The notes: generated by a model from the sequence alone, not told the origin. A stretch of DNA of 64,000 nucleotides from Flavobacteriales bacterium (GCA_027066365.1 JAMONV010000006.1:3532-67531); one strand, 5' to 3'; shown: positions 10,530 to 21,250, numbered from the stretch's first letter. Translations and numbers: made by a program.

Positions 10530-11307
10530 GAATAAGGCTTTGCATTTCTTCTTTTAGCGGATGGGTAAGGATGTAAACGAATCCCGGGTCGTTGAGATTG
10601 ACAAAGGGTTGTAGAATAATTTCCGTTCTATTGTTTCGATATCGAATGGTTTTCACCCGCCCGACGGGAATATTCGGGGGGAAAATCAAGGACAATCCGC
10701 CGGTTACCAAGGTATCGTCTTCCGAAAGTTTTAAATTTTCGGGCCAGTCGACAACGCGAAGGACGCGGTGGAATATATGATCGGCTTGCGTGAATCCGTA
10801 TCCTTTCTTGTGCCGGAGTTTGACGTCGATGCTGATTTGAGGATTATTCGTTAGCAATACTTTGGAAAAATGAGAACTCGTTTCCGATACAATTCCCACC
10901 ACACCATTGGGATTGATAACACCCGCTTGGATTTTAACACCGTCTTCGCTTCCTTTGTCGATGATTATGAACCGGTCACTGCGGGCATTCCCTACGTAAA
11001 CCGTGTGCGCCTCTGCAAACCGGTAACCACCGGGAATGTTATTATCCAAAGGCTCGGAACGATAAATGATATTGTAGAGCCGCTGATTTTCCTGCAAAAG
11101 TTTTTGATTCTCTTTGCGTAGATGAATATATTGATTGATTCCGTTGAGTTTTTGTCGAATTCCGGCGGTTGTGTTCATCCAAAAACGATGCATTTTGAAT
11201 CCGGTTATTTGACGGTTATTGCCTATCATGAATAGGGCTATGCTCATATACAACAGATATAGCCAAATAAGATGTGTTCGATAAAAAAAGCGGACAAGGG
11301 CAAGCAT
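10519..11307 (-). CDS. mreC: Rod shape-determining protein MreC
   Basis: N-terminal TM, a coiled-coil segment (QKLLQENQRLYN) and a beta-rich C-terminal domain, directly after mreB. Confidence 0.8.
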   Translation of the reverse strand: MLALVRFFYRTHLIWLYLLYMSIALFMIGNNRQITGFKMHRFWMNTTAGIRQKLNGINQYIHLRKENQKLLQENQRLYNIIYRSEPLDNNIPGGYRFAEAHTVYVGNARSDRFIIIDKGSEDGVKIQAGVINPNGVVGIVSETSSHFSKVLLTNNPQISIDVKLRHKKGYGFTQADHIFHRVLRVVDWPENLKLSEDDTLVTGGLSLIFPPNIPVGRVKTIRYRNNRTEIILQPFVNLNDPGFVYILTHPLKEEMQSLIHEN

Positions 11308-11310
11308 GAT

Positions 11311-12339
11311 TTAGCGTAACAAAACGGCTTTGTATTTGTCAAAATCTTTCAATACCGCACCCGTTCCTCTGATGACGGCACGCAAGGGATCTTCGCCGAT
11401 ATGCACAGGCAATCCCGTAGCCTCACTGATTCTTTTATCCAATCCGCGCAGGAGCGAGCCGCCGCCGGCTAAGTAAAGACCGCTTTTGTAGATGTCGGCG
11501 GATAATTCGGGGGGGGTCATGGATAAAGTTTCGATGATACCGTCTTTGATGCGGATAAGCGATTTGTCAAGAGCCTTGGCAATTTCTTTGTAATTCACCA
11601 CCACTTCTTTGGGCTTTCCGGTGATCAAATCGCGACCTTGCACGGGGAAGTCTTCGGGCGGGTTTTCCAATTCGTCGAGTGCGGAACCCACTTCGATTTT
11701 AATTTGTTCGGCCATGCGTTCCCCGATATATAAATTGTGTTTGGTGCGCATGTAATAGACAATATCGTCATTAAAAACGTCGCCGGCGATTTTGATGGAC
11801 TTCTTGACGGCAATTCCGCTGAGGGCTATTACGGCTATTTCGGTGGTGCCGCCACCGATGTCAATAATCATATTTCCTTGCGGTTTTTGAATATCGATGC
11901 CCATTCCGATGGCAGCCGCCATGGGTTCGTGAATTAAATACACATCGCTTGCATTCACTTTTTCAGCCGAATCGCGCACGGCTCGTTTTTCCACTTCGGT
12001 GATGCCCGAAGGAATACAAATAACCATTTTGAGCTTGGGCGAGAAAAAACGTTTTCGGAAAGGCGGAATCAATTTGATGAATTCCTGAATCATTTGTTCG
12101 GCCGCTTCAAAATCGGCAATGACACCGTCTTTCAAAGGGCGAATGGTTTGTATGTTTTCGTGGGTTTTACCTTGCATAAGTGCCGCTTCTTTGCCTACGG
12201 CAATGATTTTGCCGCTTTTAATATTGCGTGCAACTATCGAAGGATTATCCACTACGATTTTATCATTGTATATAATCAACGTATTGGCCGTTCCTAAATC
12301 AATGGCGATTTCTTTGGTCATGAAGTCGAAAAATCCCAT
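11311..12339 (-). CDS. mreB: Rod shape-determining actin homologue MreB
   Basis: Has IAIDLGTANTLIY phosphate-1, DIGGGTTE phosphate-2 and AGGGSLLRGLD adenosine motifs. 342 aa. Confidence 0.95.
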   Translation of the reverse strand: MGFFDFMTKEIAIDLGTANTLIIYNDKIVVDNPSIVARNIKSGKIIAVGKEAALMQGKTHENIQTIRPLKDGVIADFEAAEQMIQEFIKLIPPFRKRFFSPKLKMVICIPSGITEVEKRAVRDSAEKVNASDVYLIHEPMAAAIGMGIDIQKPQGNMIIDIGGGTTEIAVIALSGIAVKKSIKIAGDVFNDDIVYYMRTKHNLYIGERMAEQIKIEVGSALDELENPPEDFPVQGRDLITGKPKEVVVNYKEIAKALDKSLIRIKDGIIETLSMTPPELSADIYKSGLYLAGGGSLLRGLDKRISEATGLPVHIGEDPLRAVIRGTGAVLKDFDKYKAVLLR

Positions 12340-12366
12340 GAGCTTACACCTTATTTTTATATTTCA

Positions 12367-12382
12367 CAAATTTACAAAAATA
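12367..12382 (-). promoter_or_regulatory. Two adjacent TAnnTTTG -7-like elements upstream of mreB
   Basis: The minus strand reads TATTTTTG (12382-12375) and TAAATTTG (12374-12367), 28-36 nt upstream of the mreB ATG. Motif match only. Confidence 0.35.
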
Positions 12383-12452
12383 TTACTTGATTTTTTTGCC
12401 GGTTGAAAAATAAATTCTATCTTTAAAGCCAAGGATATAAAAACTTGACTGG

Positions 12453-13724
12453 ATGCATTTGAAACACGTGTGGACGGAATGGCAGATGATTATTCAATTA
12501 GTCTTTAAAGGATTGAAACGCAATCTTTTACGGACTTTTTTGTCTTTGGCGGGAGTGAGTATCGGTATTTTTTCGGTAATATCCATTTTGGTGTCGGTGG
12601 ATTCCTTGGAGATTTATTTGTTAAAATCGCTATCGAAATTAGGAAATAATACGCTTTATGTAGACCGGTTCGATTATTCCAAAATGGGTAGGGTTAATTG
12701 GGCTGAGATTCGCCGCATGAAGCGTCCTTCCTACGATGAATACTTATATTTGAAAAAAAATCTTGACCCTGCGCTTTATCGGGCTATTACTTATCACTTG
12801 CGCATCCCTGCCCTCGTAATCAGGCACGGACGCCGGGATATTAGAGCCGGTGTGATTGGTGTGAATGCCGATTATGCTAAAATCAATACTTTGCCTTTTA
12901 AGGAAGGACGATTTTTTAATGAACATGAAGATGAAAAAGGTATGCCAGTAATTGTTTTGGGGCATGATGTGGCCGAAGCTTTGTTTCCGGACGGAAAAGC
13001 GCCGGGCAAAGCGGTAAGATTATTAGGAAAAAAGCTGAAAGTAATCGGTGTGTTGCAAGAAGAAGGCGGGATGGTAAAGGTGAACCCGTCCAATGAGAAA
13101 GTGTTTGTCCCTTACGGATTTTTAAGAAAAATTATTCCGCAAGATTCGCGTATGCTTTTCACTAATATTATGATTTTGCCTTCCGCCAAAGCGGTAAAAA
13201 ACAAATTAGCCGAACAGATTGAATTTAAATTACGTCAATACAGGAAATTGAAACCGGGAGAGAAATCCACTTTTCATGTTAATGATATCAGTTTTTTGGT
13301 GACTCGAATCGGAAAAAGTACCCGTATTTTGTCTTTGGCCGGATGGATTTTGGGCGGTTTTTCGCTTTTGGTGGGGGCATTCGGGATTGCCAACATCATG
13401 TTTGTAAGCGTGAAGGAGCGAACGAACGAAATCGGTATTCAAAAGGCTTTGGGAGCCAATCGGAATTTCATATTATCGGAATTTTTGACCGAATCTGTTT
13501 TATTGGCGCTGATAGGGGGCATCGCCGGGTTAATGTTTTTATCCTTCTTCGTCAAATTCGGTAATTTATTTTTGTCGGGAAAGGATTTTCATATTTATTT
13601 GAGCGCTAAAAATATGATATTGGGCATCACCATATCGATTATGATAGGCCTGTTGGCGGGATTATGGCCGGCTTGGAAAGCGGCGGAAATGAATCCGATA
13701 GATGCAATAAGAGCGAAAACATGA
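12453..13724 (+). CDS. ABC transporter permease, MacB/FtsX family (no adjacent ATPase gene)
   Basis: TM1, a large periplasmic MacB-like domain and a C-terminal FtsX 3-TM bundle (GIQKALGA.. motif region). The true start may be the internal Met at 12486. Confidence 0.8.
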   Translation: MHLKHVWTEWQMIIQLVFKGLKRNLLRTFLSLAGVSIGIFSVISILVSVDSLEIYLLKSLSKLGNNTLYVDRFDYSKMGRVNWAEIRRMKRPSYDEYLYLKKNLDPALYRAITYHLRIPALVIRHGRRDIRAGVIGVNADYAKINTLPFKEGRFFNEHEDEKGMPVIVLGHDVAEALFPDGKAPGKAVRLLGKKLKVIGVLQEEGGMVKVNPSNEKVFVPYGFLRKIIPQDSRMLFTNIMILPSAKAVKNKLAEQIEFKLRQYRKLKPGEKSTFHVNDISFLVTRIGKSTRILSLAGWILGGFSLLVGAFGIANIMFVSVKERTNEIGIQKALGANRNFILSEFLTESVLLALIGGIAGLMFLSFFVKFGNLFLSGKDFHIYLSAKNMILGITISIMIGLLAGLWPAWKAAEMNPIDAIRAKT

Positions 13725-13793
13725 CGTTATTATGGCGTAAAATCCCGGGCAGGAGGAATTTGAAAAAAAATTATGCGATAATAAAAAAATACC

Positions 13794-13801
13794 TATATTT
13801 G
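13794..13801 (+). promoter_or_regulatory. Bacteroidetes-type -7 promoter element upstream of gldJ
   Basis: TATATTTG ends 2 nt before the first ATG of the listed ORF. That argues for the downstream start at 13839. Confidence 0.4.
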
Positions 13802-13838
13802 CATGCGACAAAATAGTCAAATTTTATATCACAGCATT

Positions 13839-15485
13839 ATGAAGCACTTAATGAAAATTTACGGTATCGCTTTATTGAGCCTTCCGTTTCTGTTAGGTTC
13901 TTGTTCGTCCAAAAATGTTTCCCGGGCAACGGGAATGCCCATTAACCACCCCAAGGGCGGATTCCACTACAATACCCGCTATCAGGATCAAGGATTTGCG
14001 CCCGGGTTGGTGTTTATTGAAGGAGGAACATTTACGATGGGCGATGTGGATGATGATGTGATGCACGAATGGAACAGCATGCCGCGAGAAATGCATGTGC
14101 GTTCGTTTTATATGGACGAAACGGAGGTTACCAATTTAATGTATTTGGAATATTTGGATTGGCTTAAACGGGTTTTTCCGCCCGATAATCCTCAATACCG
14201 TCATATTTACGAAGGCGCTCTGCCCGATACGTTGGTTTGGCGCCATCCCTTGACTTATGCCGAAGATTTGGTGGTGAATTATTTGCGCCACCCGGCTTAT
14301 GCCGAATATCCGGTGGTGGGTGTAAACTGGGTACAAGCCGTTCAATACGCCAACTGGCGAACTGACCGCGTGAATGAAATGCGATTGATTCAGAATCATA
14401 AATTAAAACGCGATATTATTTTCAATGAAAATGCCGAAGAAAATTTCAATACCGAAACTTATATTACCCAACCGGAATTGGCCATAGGTGGCAATCAGGA
14501 TTATTATGTCAAACGTTCCCGTAAGGATTCCACTTTGAATGTAGCCAATCTTTCTTCGGGTATTGTCGTCCCGAAATACCGTCTTCCCACCGAAGCGGAA
14601 TGGGAATATGCCGCCAAAGCCGAAATCGGACAACGGGTATATAATCGCCTCAAAAACCGCAATGTTTACCCTTGGAAAGGAACGGCAACACGTTATTTGG
14701 GACGCGGCCGCGATAGAGGAAAAGAACTGGCAAACTTCAAATTGAGCGACGGCGATTACAGCGGTTTGGCCGGTTGGTCCGACGATGCCGCCGATATCAC
14801 CGCCCCCGTAAAAACCTATCCGCCCAATGATTTCGGACTCTACGATATGGCCGGAAATGTCAACGAATGGGTGGCTGACGTATATCGACCCATTATCGAT
14901 GATCAAGAAAGTGATTTCAATTATTATCGCGGTAATGTCTACACCAAAAAAGCATTCACCGAAGACGGACAATTGGTCGTAATCACTTCCGACAGTATTC
15001 CCTACGACACGCTGTCGAACGGAAAAATCATTTATAAAGCATTGCCCGGAGCACCCGCCAAAAAATTGGTGGATGAAAAAGAATTATACTTGCGTCAAAA
15101 TTTCTATAAAGCCGATAACCGTGATTATAATGACGGTGATCTGCAATCTTCACGTTATTATATCTTGGATAAAGAAGACGTCGAAAACGACCCCAACAAG
15201 CGCATGTATAATTCGCCCGTTCACCAGGTTTATATGGATTCGCTTGACGGAAAATACCAAATGATTCGTGAATACGATAAAAATAACAATCGCACCACAC
15301 TTATCAATAATGAAGTGAGAGTTTATAAAGGCGGTTCATGGAAAGACCGCGCCTATTGGTTGCAACCGTCCAAGCGACGATTTTTGCCCCAATATTTGGC
15401 CACGGACGATATAGGTTTCCGTTGCGCCATGTCACGCTTCGGGTCCAAAACCATTAAGCGATCATACAGGAGACCCTTCCAATAA
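13839..15485 (+). CDS. gldJ: Gliding motility lipoprotein GldJ (FGE/sulfatase-modifying-factor fold, GldK paralogue)
   Basis: Lipobox LLGSC. Shares FGE-domain blocks with the GldK in this window (RLPTEAEWEYAAK, YDMAGNVNEWV, GGSWKD, GFRC). About 550 aa, typical of GldJ. Confidence 0.8.
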   Translation: MKHLMKIYGIALLSLPFLLGSCSSKNVSRATGMPINHPKGGFHYNTRYQDQGFAPGLVFIEGGTFTMGDVDDDVMHEWNSMPREMHVRSFYMDETEVTNLMYLEYLDWLKRVFPPDNPQYRHIYEGALPDTLVWRHPLTYAEDLVVNYLRHPAYAEYPVVGVNWVQAVQYANWRTDRVNEMRLIQNHKLKRDIIFNENAEENFNTETYITQPELAIGGNQDYYVKRSRKDSTLNVANLSSGIVVPKYRLPTEAEWEYAAKAEIGQRVYNRLKNRNVYPWKGTATRYLGRGRDRGKELANFKLSDGDYSGLAGWSDDAADITAPVKTYPPNDFGLYDMAGNVNEWVADVYRPIIDDQESDFNYYRGNVYTKKAFTEDGQLVVITSDSIPYDTLSNGKIIYKALPGAPAKKLVDEKELYLRQNFYKADNRDYNDGDLQSSRYYILDKEDVENDPNKRMYNSPVHQVYMDSLDGKYQMIREYDKNNNRTTLINNEVRVYKGGSWKDRAYWLQPSKRRFLPQYLATDDIGFRCAMSRFGSKTIKRSYRRPFQ

Positions 15486-15506
15486 AAAAACAAATTAATC
15501 CTCAAA

Positions 15507-15534
15507 CCGGGAATCCTAGCATTCCCGGTTTTTT
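15507..15534 (+). terminator. Intrinsic terminator after gldJ
   Basis: CCGGGAAT / ATTCCCGG 8-bp stem with a 6-nt loop, followed by T6. Confidence 0.7.
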
Positions 15535-15561
15535 CAATAAATTTATACCTGAATTATACTT

Positions 15562-17991
15562 ATGGGAAAAAAGTTACTCATTGTAGAGTCACCGGCCAAA
15601 GCGAAAACCATTCAGAAGTATTTGGGAAAGGAGTTTGAAGTGGCCAGCTCATTCGGGCACATTGCCGATTTACCCGAAGACGAAATGGGTATTGACATAG
15701 AACACGGCTTTAAACCGAAATATATTATTACGCCCGACAAAAAAAAGGTGGTCCACCAATTGAAACAAATGGCGAGCGTTTCCGATACGGTATATCTTGC
15801 CAGTGATGAAGACCGCGAAGGAGAAGCGATTGCATGGCATTTGCAAAATTTTTTAGACCTCAAAAAAAAATCTCGACGTATCGTTTTTCATGAAATTACC
15901 AAAAAGGCAATTAAACGCGCTCTTGAGCATCCGCGAGATATCGATTTGCATTTGGTGAATGCCCAGCAGGCACGGAGAATCTTAGACCGCTTAGTGGGCT
16001 ACAGACTTTCTCCCGTTCTTTGGAAAAAAATAAAAAAAGGTTTATCCGCAGGGCGTGTTCAATCGGTTGCTGTACGGTTGATAACGGACAGAGAGAAAGA
16101 AATTAAAGCTTTTCGGCATGAATCGTATTATCGTGCAGAGGCGACCTTTAAAACGGAAGAAGGCGCAACTTTCAAAGCCAAATACGAAGAAGATTTTACG
16201 GATGAAAAAAAAGTGGAAAACTTTTTGACCGACTTAAAAGGTGCCGGATTTTATGTTGATCAAATCCGGAAAAAACCCGGCACACGAAATGCTCCGCCAC
16301 CATTCACCACTTCGTCGCTACAGCAGGAAGCATCACGCCAATTCGGATTCAGCGTGAGCAAAACCATGCAAATCGCTCAATACCTCTACGAAAACGGTTT
16401 TATTACCTATATGCGAACCGACAGCGTTCACTTGTCGGACGAAGCTATTGCCAACGCCAAGGCGATTATCACTAAGCAATGGGGAAGCGAATATGCCCGC
16501 CCCAAACAATATGTTACCAAATCCAAGACGGCACAAGAAGCTCACGAAGCCATTCGGCCGACGGATTTGTCCCTGGATAGCCCCAAGTTGGATAGGGATG
16601 CGGCTAAATTGTATCAGCTGATCAGGATACGCACTTTGGCTTCACAAATGGCACCGGCCAAAATTGAATATACACACGTGAACATTCGCACAACCGGCGG
16701 CGATTATTTGTTTAAAGCCAAAGGCGAAACCATCGTCTTCGACGGTTTCCTTAAACTCTATCAACCTGCCGATGAAGAAACGTCCAAAAATACTTTGCCG
16801 AAACTAAAAAACAACGAAGCATTAGCATTGCAATCGCTTAAGGTAACTCAAAAATTTACCAAGCCGCCCGCTCGCTATACCGAAGCTACATTGGTGCGCA
16901 AACTCGAAGAACTGGGCATCGGACGGCCTTCCACTTACGCACCCACCATCAGCACCATTCAAAAACGCGGCTATGTGGTGCGTAAAAATATTCCGGCTCA
17001 GATGCGGAAAATAAAAACTTATGAACTGATTAACGACCGAATTCATTCGTCCGTTAAGAAAGAAAAATACGGTGCCGAGAAATCCAAATTGATTCCGACC
17101 GATATCGGTATCATAGTTACCGATTTCCTTACCGAACATTTTACCGATATTATGGATTATCATTTTACGGCACAAGTGGAGGAAAAATTCGATAAAATAG
17201 CCGCCGGAGAATATGACTGGAAACAGGTTTTGAAAGAGTTTTACAAACATTTTGAGCCGGTTGTAGAGCAGGTGGAAAAATTTTCCAAGAAAGTCAAAGG
17301 CGAACGCTTGCTAGGTGTGGATCCCGAAACGGGAAAGAAAATATATGTAAAAATGGGGCCTTACGGACCAATGGTTCAATCGGGCGACAGCAGTGACACG
17401 GAAAAACCCAAATATGCTTCGCTATTGCCCGGTATGTCATTGATGGAAATCACACTTGACGAAGCCTTGAAATTGCTGAAATTGCCTGTCGAATTGGGGC
17501 GTCTTGACGGTGAACCCGTGGTGTTGGGAACCGGTAAATTCGGTCCGTATATTCGATATCAGAATAAATTTTACTCCATTCCAGCTCATATCAATGCCTT
17601 GCAGATGAGTTTAAAAGATGCCCAAGCCCTCATCGAATCACGAAAAAAAGACGAAGAACCGGTGATGGATTTCGAAGGAGAGCCGGTTTATATCTTGCGC
17701 GGCAAATACGGACCGTATATCAAATGGAATAATTATAATATTAAAATTCCTAAAAATTATAACCCTTCCAAACTCGGCGAAGAAGAAATTGTAAATTTGA
17801 TATCAAAAAAATTGGAAAAGGATAAAGCGGCAACCATAGCCGAATGGCCCGGCGAAGGTTATGCCGTGAGAAAGGGCGCATGGGGCAGGTTATATGCATT
17901 CGGCCCGGGAAACCGGAAAAAGATTTTGCCGAAAGATTTCGATGTAACGAATATCAAACTGGAGCAAATCAAAAAAATTTTCAAACTCTGA
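15562..17991 (+). CDS. topA: DNA topoisomerase I
   Basis: Toprim start (KLLIVESPAKAKTIQKYLG, DEDREGEAIAWH) and active-site region YITYMRTDS. 809 aa. Confidence 0.95.
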   Translation: MGKKLLIVESPAKAKTIQKYLGKEFEVASSFGHIADLPEDEMGIDIEHGFKPKYIITPDKKKVVHQLKQMASVSDTVYLASDEDREGEAIAWHLQNFLDLKKKSRRIVFHEITKKAIKRALEHPRDIDLHLVNAQQARRILDRLVGYRLSPVLWKKIKKGLSAGRVQSVAVRLITDREKEIKAFRHESYYRAEATFKTEEGATFKAKYEEDFTDEKKVENFLTDLKGAGFYVDQIRKKPGTRNAPPPFTTSSLQQEASRQFGFSVSKTMQIAQYLYENGFITYMRTDSVHLSDEAIANAKAIITKQWGSEYARPKQYVTKSKTAQEAHEAIRPTDLSLDSPKLDRDAAKLYQLIRIRTLASQMAPAKIEYTHVNIRTTGGDYLFKAKGETIVFDGFLKLYQPADEETSKNTLPKLKNNEALALQSLKVTQKFTKPPARYTEATLVRKLEELGIGRPSTYAPTISTIQKRGYVVRKNIPAQMRKIKTYELINDRIHSSVKKEKYGAEKSKLIPTDIGIIVTDFLTEHFTDIMDYHFTAQVEEKFDKIAAGEYDWKQVLKEFYKHFEPVVEQVEKFSKKVKGERLLGVDPETGKKIYVKMGPYGPMVQSGDSSDTEKPKYASLLPGMSLMEITLDEALKLLKLPVELGRLDGEPVVLGTGKFGPYIRYQNKFYSIPAHINALQMSLKDAQALIESRKKDEEPVMDFEGEPVYILRGKYGPYIKWNNYNIKIPKNYNPSKLGEEEIVNLISKKLEKDKAATIAEWPGEGYAVRKGAWGRLYAFGPGNRKKILPKDFDVTNIKLEQIKKIFKL

Positions 17992-19028
17992 TGTCGTTTT
18001 ATCATTTACCGGTACGGCGAAACGATTTTGAGCAAGGAACTTTGTATGATTTTATTTTCTTGCCCGAAAATTTGAATGATGAGATTTTGACCAATGTGGA
18101 TGCCGTTTTGGTGAGTTTGACTTCGGAGCGTAATTTTGAAAGAATCAAGCAAGCGCGCATGAATTTTTCTCGTTTTTCCGAATCCGATTTTGGCGGCTTA
18201 ACCCTCGCCGATGCAGGATATTATGTCTATGAAGATGATTTTGATAAAGAAACCACCGGGATTTTTTTGGAAAATTTAATCGCTAAAGTTTCCGTAAACT
18301 TGATAATTATCACCGATTTATCGTGGGAGGTTTCCCGTTTTATCGGAAAATTAAATAAAGGCACTTATATTTCCATCCTAACCGGAACATCCGCATCATA
18401 TACCGGAGAGAAATGGCATGCATTGCCGTTTGATTCCATGGCTTTGTTAGGACTTAGAAATTATTTGCTAAAGCGCGATGATGTAAGAAAATTCCGGCAA
18501 AAACATATCAAAAAAATTCGTCTGTCCGAATTGAAAAAAGAAGAAGTTTCGCCCGAGATTTTTTTTAGACACAGCCAAGTATCCGTAGTGGAGTCATCGG
18601 TTACACAACATGCCGTTTTGGGACATGAATCCTTATCACCGGCAGGTTTGGATACAATCGCATATTCCGCTATCAATTACTGGGCGGGACTTTCACCGGT
18701 TAATCGTTTTCATTTGATAGATTTCAGTCGTTGGAGCAGGGATTATTCCGCATGTTATACGGCTATGGGAATTTGGCATTATTTATTGGGTATGTATAAT
18801 AAAATCCCCGATTTCCCGTTTATCGAGAAGGAAAAACTAAAGCGTATCCTTATCAAACACAACGGAATGAATAAAACGGTTTATACAAATCCATTGACCG
18901 GAAGATTTTGGTTGGAAGCGGGCGAAGAACCCTTTTCGCTTGAAGGATTGGTTCCGATTTCAAAGAAAAAATATATTTCTTTAAAAGAAAATGCAGATGA
19001 TATGGAAAATTCTCAAGAAATTTTATAA
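17991..19028 (+). CDS. Hypothetical protein between topA and gldK (345 aa)
   Basis: The start is set at MSFYHL (ATG 17991), a TGATG overlap with the topA stop; the upstream part of the listed ORF overlaps topA. I can name no catalytic motif. See findings. Confidence 0.6.
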   Translation: MSFYHLPVRRNDFEQGTLYDFIFLPENLNDEILTNVDAVLVSLTSERNFERIKQARMNFSRFSESDFGGLTLADAGYYVYEDDFDKETTGIFLENLIAKVSVNLIIITDLSWEVSRFIGKLNKGTYISILTGTSASYTGEKWHALPFDSMALLGLRNYLLKRDDVRKFRQKHIKKIRLSELKKEEVSPEIFFRHSQVSVVESSVTQHAVLGHESLSPAGLDTIAYSAINYWAGLSPVNRFHLIDFSRWSRDYSACYTAMGIWHYLLGMYNKIPDFPFIEKEKLKRILIKHNGMNKTVYTNPLTGRFWLEAGEEPFSLEGLVPISKKKYISLKENADDMENSQEIL

Positions 19029-19130
19029 ATTGCAACAATGAAAAAGGGTATTTTTGTGTCGAAAAAAATTAATATATTGCACGCTCAAAATATGCACGAT
19101 AATAATATTCGATCGAACCAAGAAAAAAAC

Positions 19131-20528
19131 ATGTTTGGCATGAAAAAATTATTTGCGATTTTAGTGGCGTTTAGCCTCTTGTTTTCCTGTGGTAGCCCTA
19201 ACAAACGCGGGGAAATTGTAGGAGTGAAGGGCCGTTCATGGCAACCGTATCAACCCTATGGAATGGTATTAATTCCCGGAGGCGCTTTCATTATGGGAAA
19301 ACAAAACGAAGACAAATCTTATTCCATCGATGCGCCGGCCAAAACGGTAACCGTTCATTCCTTTTACATGGATGAGACCGAAATTACCAATTCCGAATAT
19401 CGTGAATTTGTCAATTATGTCAGGGATTCAGTAATCCGGACGAGATTGGCCAAAATGGTGGAAGAAGAAGAAATTACAGATCGCAAAGGCATCGGTCGCT
19501 ATGCCTACAAGAAGATGGATACGGCACGCAATGCATATAACCGATATATGATTGACCGTTATGGAGGCCTTACTTACGAAGACGAAGAAACCATGGGTAA
19601 ACGCTTGAATTGGAATGTTCCTTTAATTTTTAATCGCAATAAATTTCCCGATGAATTTTATGCCGAAGTGATGGATTCGCTTTATTTACCCTTGAAAGAA
19701 ACACCCGACGGAGAACGTCAGTTCGACGTATCGCAGTTTACGTATCGTTATTCTTGGGTCGATTTGGACGCTGCCGCCCGTTCGGGAGGAAAGCAATCCG
19801 ATTTCCGTCATGACACTTTAATTCAAGTATATCCCGATACAACCGTTTGGATAAAAGATTTTATGTATGCCTACAACGAGCCAATGCTCGAAGAATACTT
19901 CTGGCATGATGCCTATAACGATTATCCCGTAGTGGGCGTAAATTGGTATCAAGCCAGCGCTTTTGCCGATTATAGAACCAAAAAAATGAATTGGTTCTTG
20001 AAGAGCCGTAAACGCCCCACGCTGCACCGGTTCCGATTGCCGACCGAAGCGGAATGGGAATATGCGGCGCGTGGAGGATTGGTAGGAACGGATTATCCTT
20101 GGGGATCGCCATACACGATGAACGAACGTGCATGTTTCTTGGCTAATTTCAAACCTTTGCGCGGTGATTACGGCGCCGATCAAGCCGTGTTTACCACCCG
20201 GGCAAAATCGTATAACCCAAATGGATACGGCTTATATAACATGGCCGGAAATGTATCGGAATGGACCAATTCATCCTACAATCCCGATTCCTATATTTAT
20301 GTAACCACCTTCAATCCTACCACACACGATTGGTTCAATAAGCGAAAAGTGGTTCGCGGAGGTTCGTGGAAAGACGTTAAATATTACATTCAAGTAAGCA
20401 CTCGTGCTTATGAATATGCCGACTCGGCCCGTAGCTATGTAGGATTCCGTTGCGTGCAAGATTTTATGGGCGCAAACGCCAAGCGCTATGCAAAAAAATC
20501 ACGTTCGGCTAAAGCTACCTATAATTAA
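19131..20528 (+). CDS. gldK: T9SS/gliding lipoprotein GldK (PorK family)
   Basis: Lipobox LLFSC after the internal start MFGMKKLF. FGE-type blocks (RLPTEAEWEYAARGG, YNMAGNVSEW, GGSWKD, GFRC). First gene of gldKLMN. Confidence 0.85.
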   Translation: MFGMKKLFAILVAFSLLFSCGSPNKRGEIVGVKGRSWQPYQPYGMVLIPGGAFIMGKQNEDKSYSIDAPAKTVTVHSFYMDETEITNSEYREFVNYVRDSVIRTRLAKMVEEEEITDRKGIGRYAYKKMDTARNAYNRYMIDRYGGLTYEDEETMGKRLNWNVPLIFNRNKFPDEFYAEVMDSLYLPLKETPDGERQFDVSQFTYRYSWVDLDAAARSGGKQSDFRHDTLIQVYPDTTVWIKDFMYAYNEPMLEEYFWHDAYNDYPVVGVNWYQASAFADYRTKKMNWFLKSRKRPTLHRFRLPTEAEWEYAARGGLVGTDYPWGSPYTMNERACFLANFKPLRGDYGADQAVFTTRAKSYNPNGYGLYNMAGNVSEWTNSSYNPDSYIYVTTFNPTTHDWFNKRKVVRGGSWKDVKYYIQVSTRAYEYADSARSYVGFRCVQDFMGANAKRYAKKSRSAKATYN

Positions 20529-20597
20529 AACTATTAAATTTCGATAGATTATTAAATAAATTAACCTGAAAACAAGATAACAAAAAAACTAACGATT

Positions 20598-21209
20598 ATG
20601 GCAACAAGTAAATCGACGAAAAAGATTTTCCAAATGGTGTATGGTCTCGGTGCATCCGTCGTGATCATCGGAGCATTGTTTAAAATCGCCCACTGGCCAT
20701 ACGGGACTTACATTCTGGCCTTCGGGATGATTGTAGAAGCTATAGTATTTGCTTTTTCAGCATTCGAGCCTATTGAAGAGGAATTCGATTGGTCCCTGTT
20801 ATATAACGAAATTAAGAAAAGCAGCTTGAGTGGTAACCAAATCGAGGCCAAATTGTCGGCCAAATTGGATGAAATGCTTCGTGAAGCACAATTGGATGCC
20901 GAGCTTATGCGTAATTTGGGCCAAAGTATTAATAAATTTGCCGAAGCGGCCAAAGGATTGGATGTGGTGGTGGATGCCGCAGGATCTACGGTTAAATTTA
21001 ATGAAGAATTGCTGGAAGCATCCGCCCATTTGGAAGGATTGAATCAAGTATTGAAAAGTCAAGTGGAAAGTGTCGATAAAAACGCACAACTTAATGAAGT
21101 GATGGCGCAAAATGCCGCCGGCTTACAGGCAAAAATGCAAGAACTGAACGAGAACATGGCCAAATTGAATCAAATTTACCAAGGCATGTTGGCTGCTATG
21201 GGTAAATAA
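20598..21209 (+). CDS. gldL: T9SS/gliding motor protein GldL (PorL family)
   Basis: Two N-terminal TM helices (YGLGASVVIIGALFKIAHWP ...) followed by a coiled-coil cytoplasmic tail. Position follows gldK. Confidence 0.85.
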   Translation: MATSKSTKKIFQMVYGLGASVVIIGALFKIAHWPYGTYILAFGMIVEAIVFAFSAFEPIEEEFDWSLLYNEIKKSSLSGNQIEAKLSAKLDEMLREAQLDAELMRNLGQSINKFAEAAKGLDVVVDAAGSTVKFNEELLEASAHLEGLNQVLKSQVESVDKNAQLNEVMAQNAAGLQAKMQELNENMAKLNQIYQGMLAAMGK

Positions 21210-21250
21210 AATGTATTGGTATTTTTGTTAAATCAATAAATTGAAAAAAT

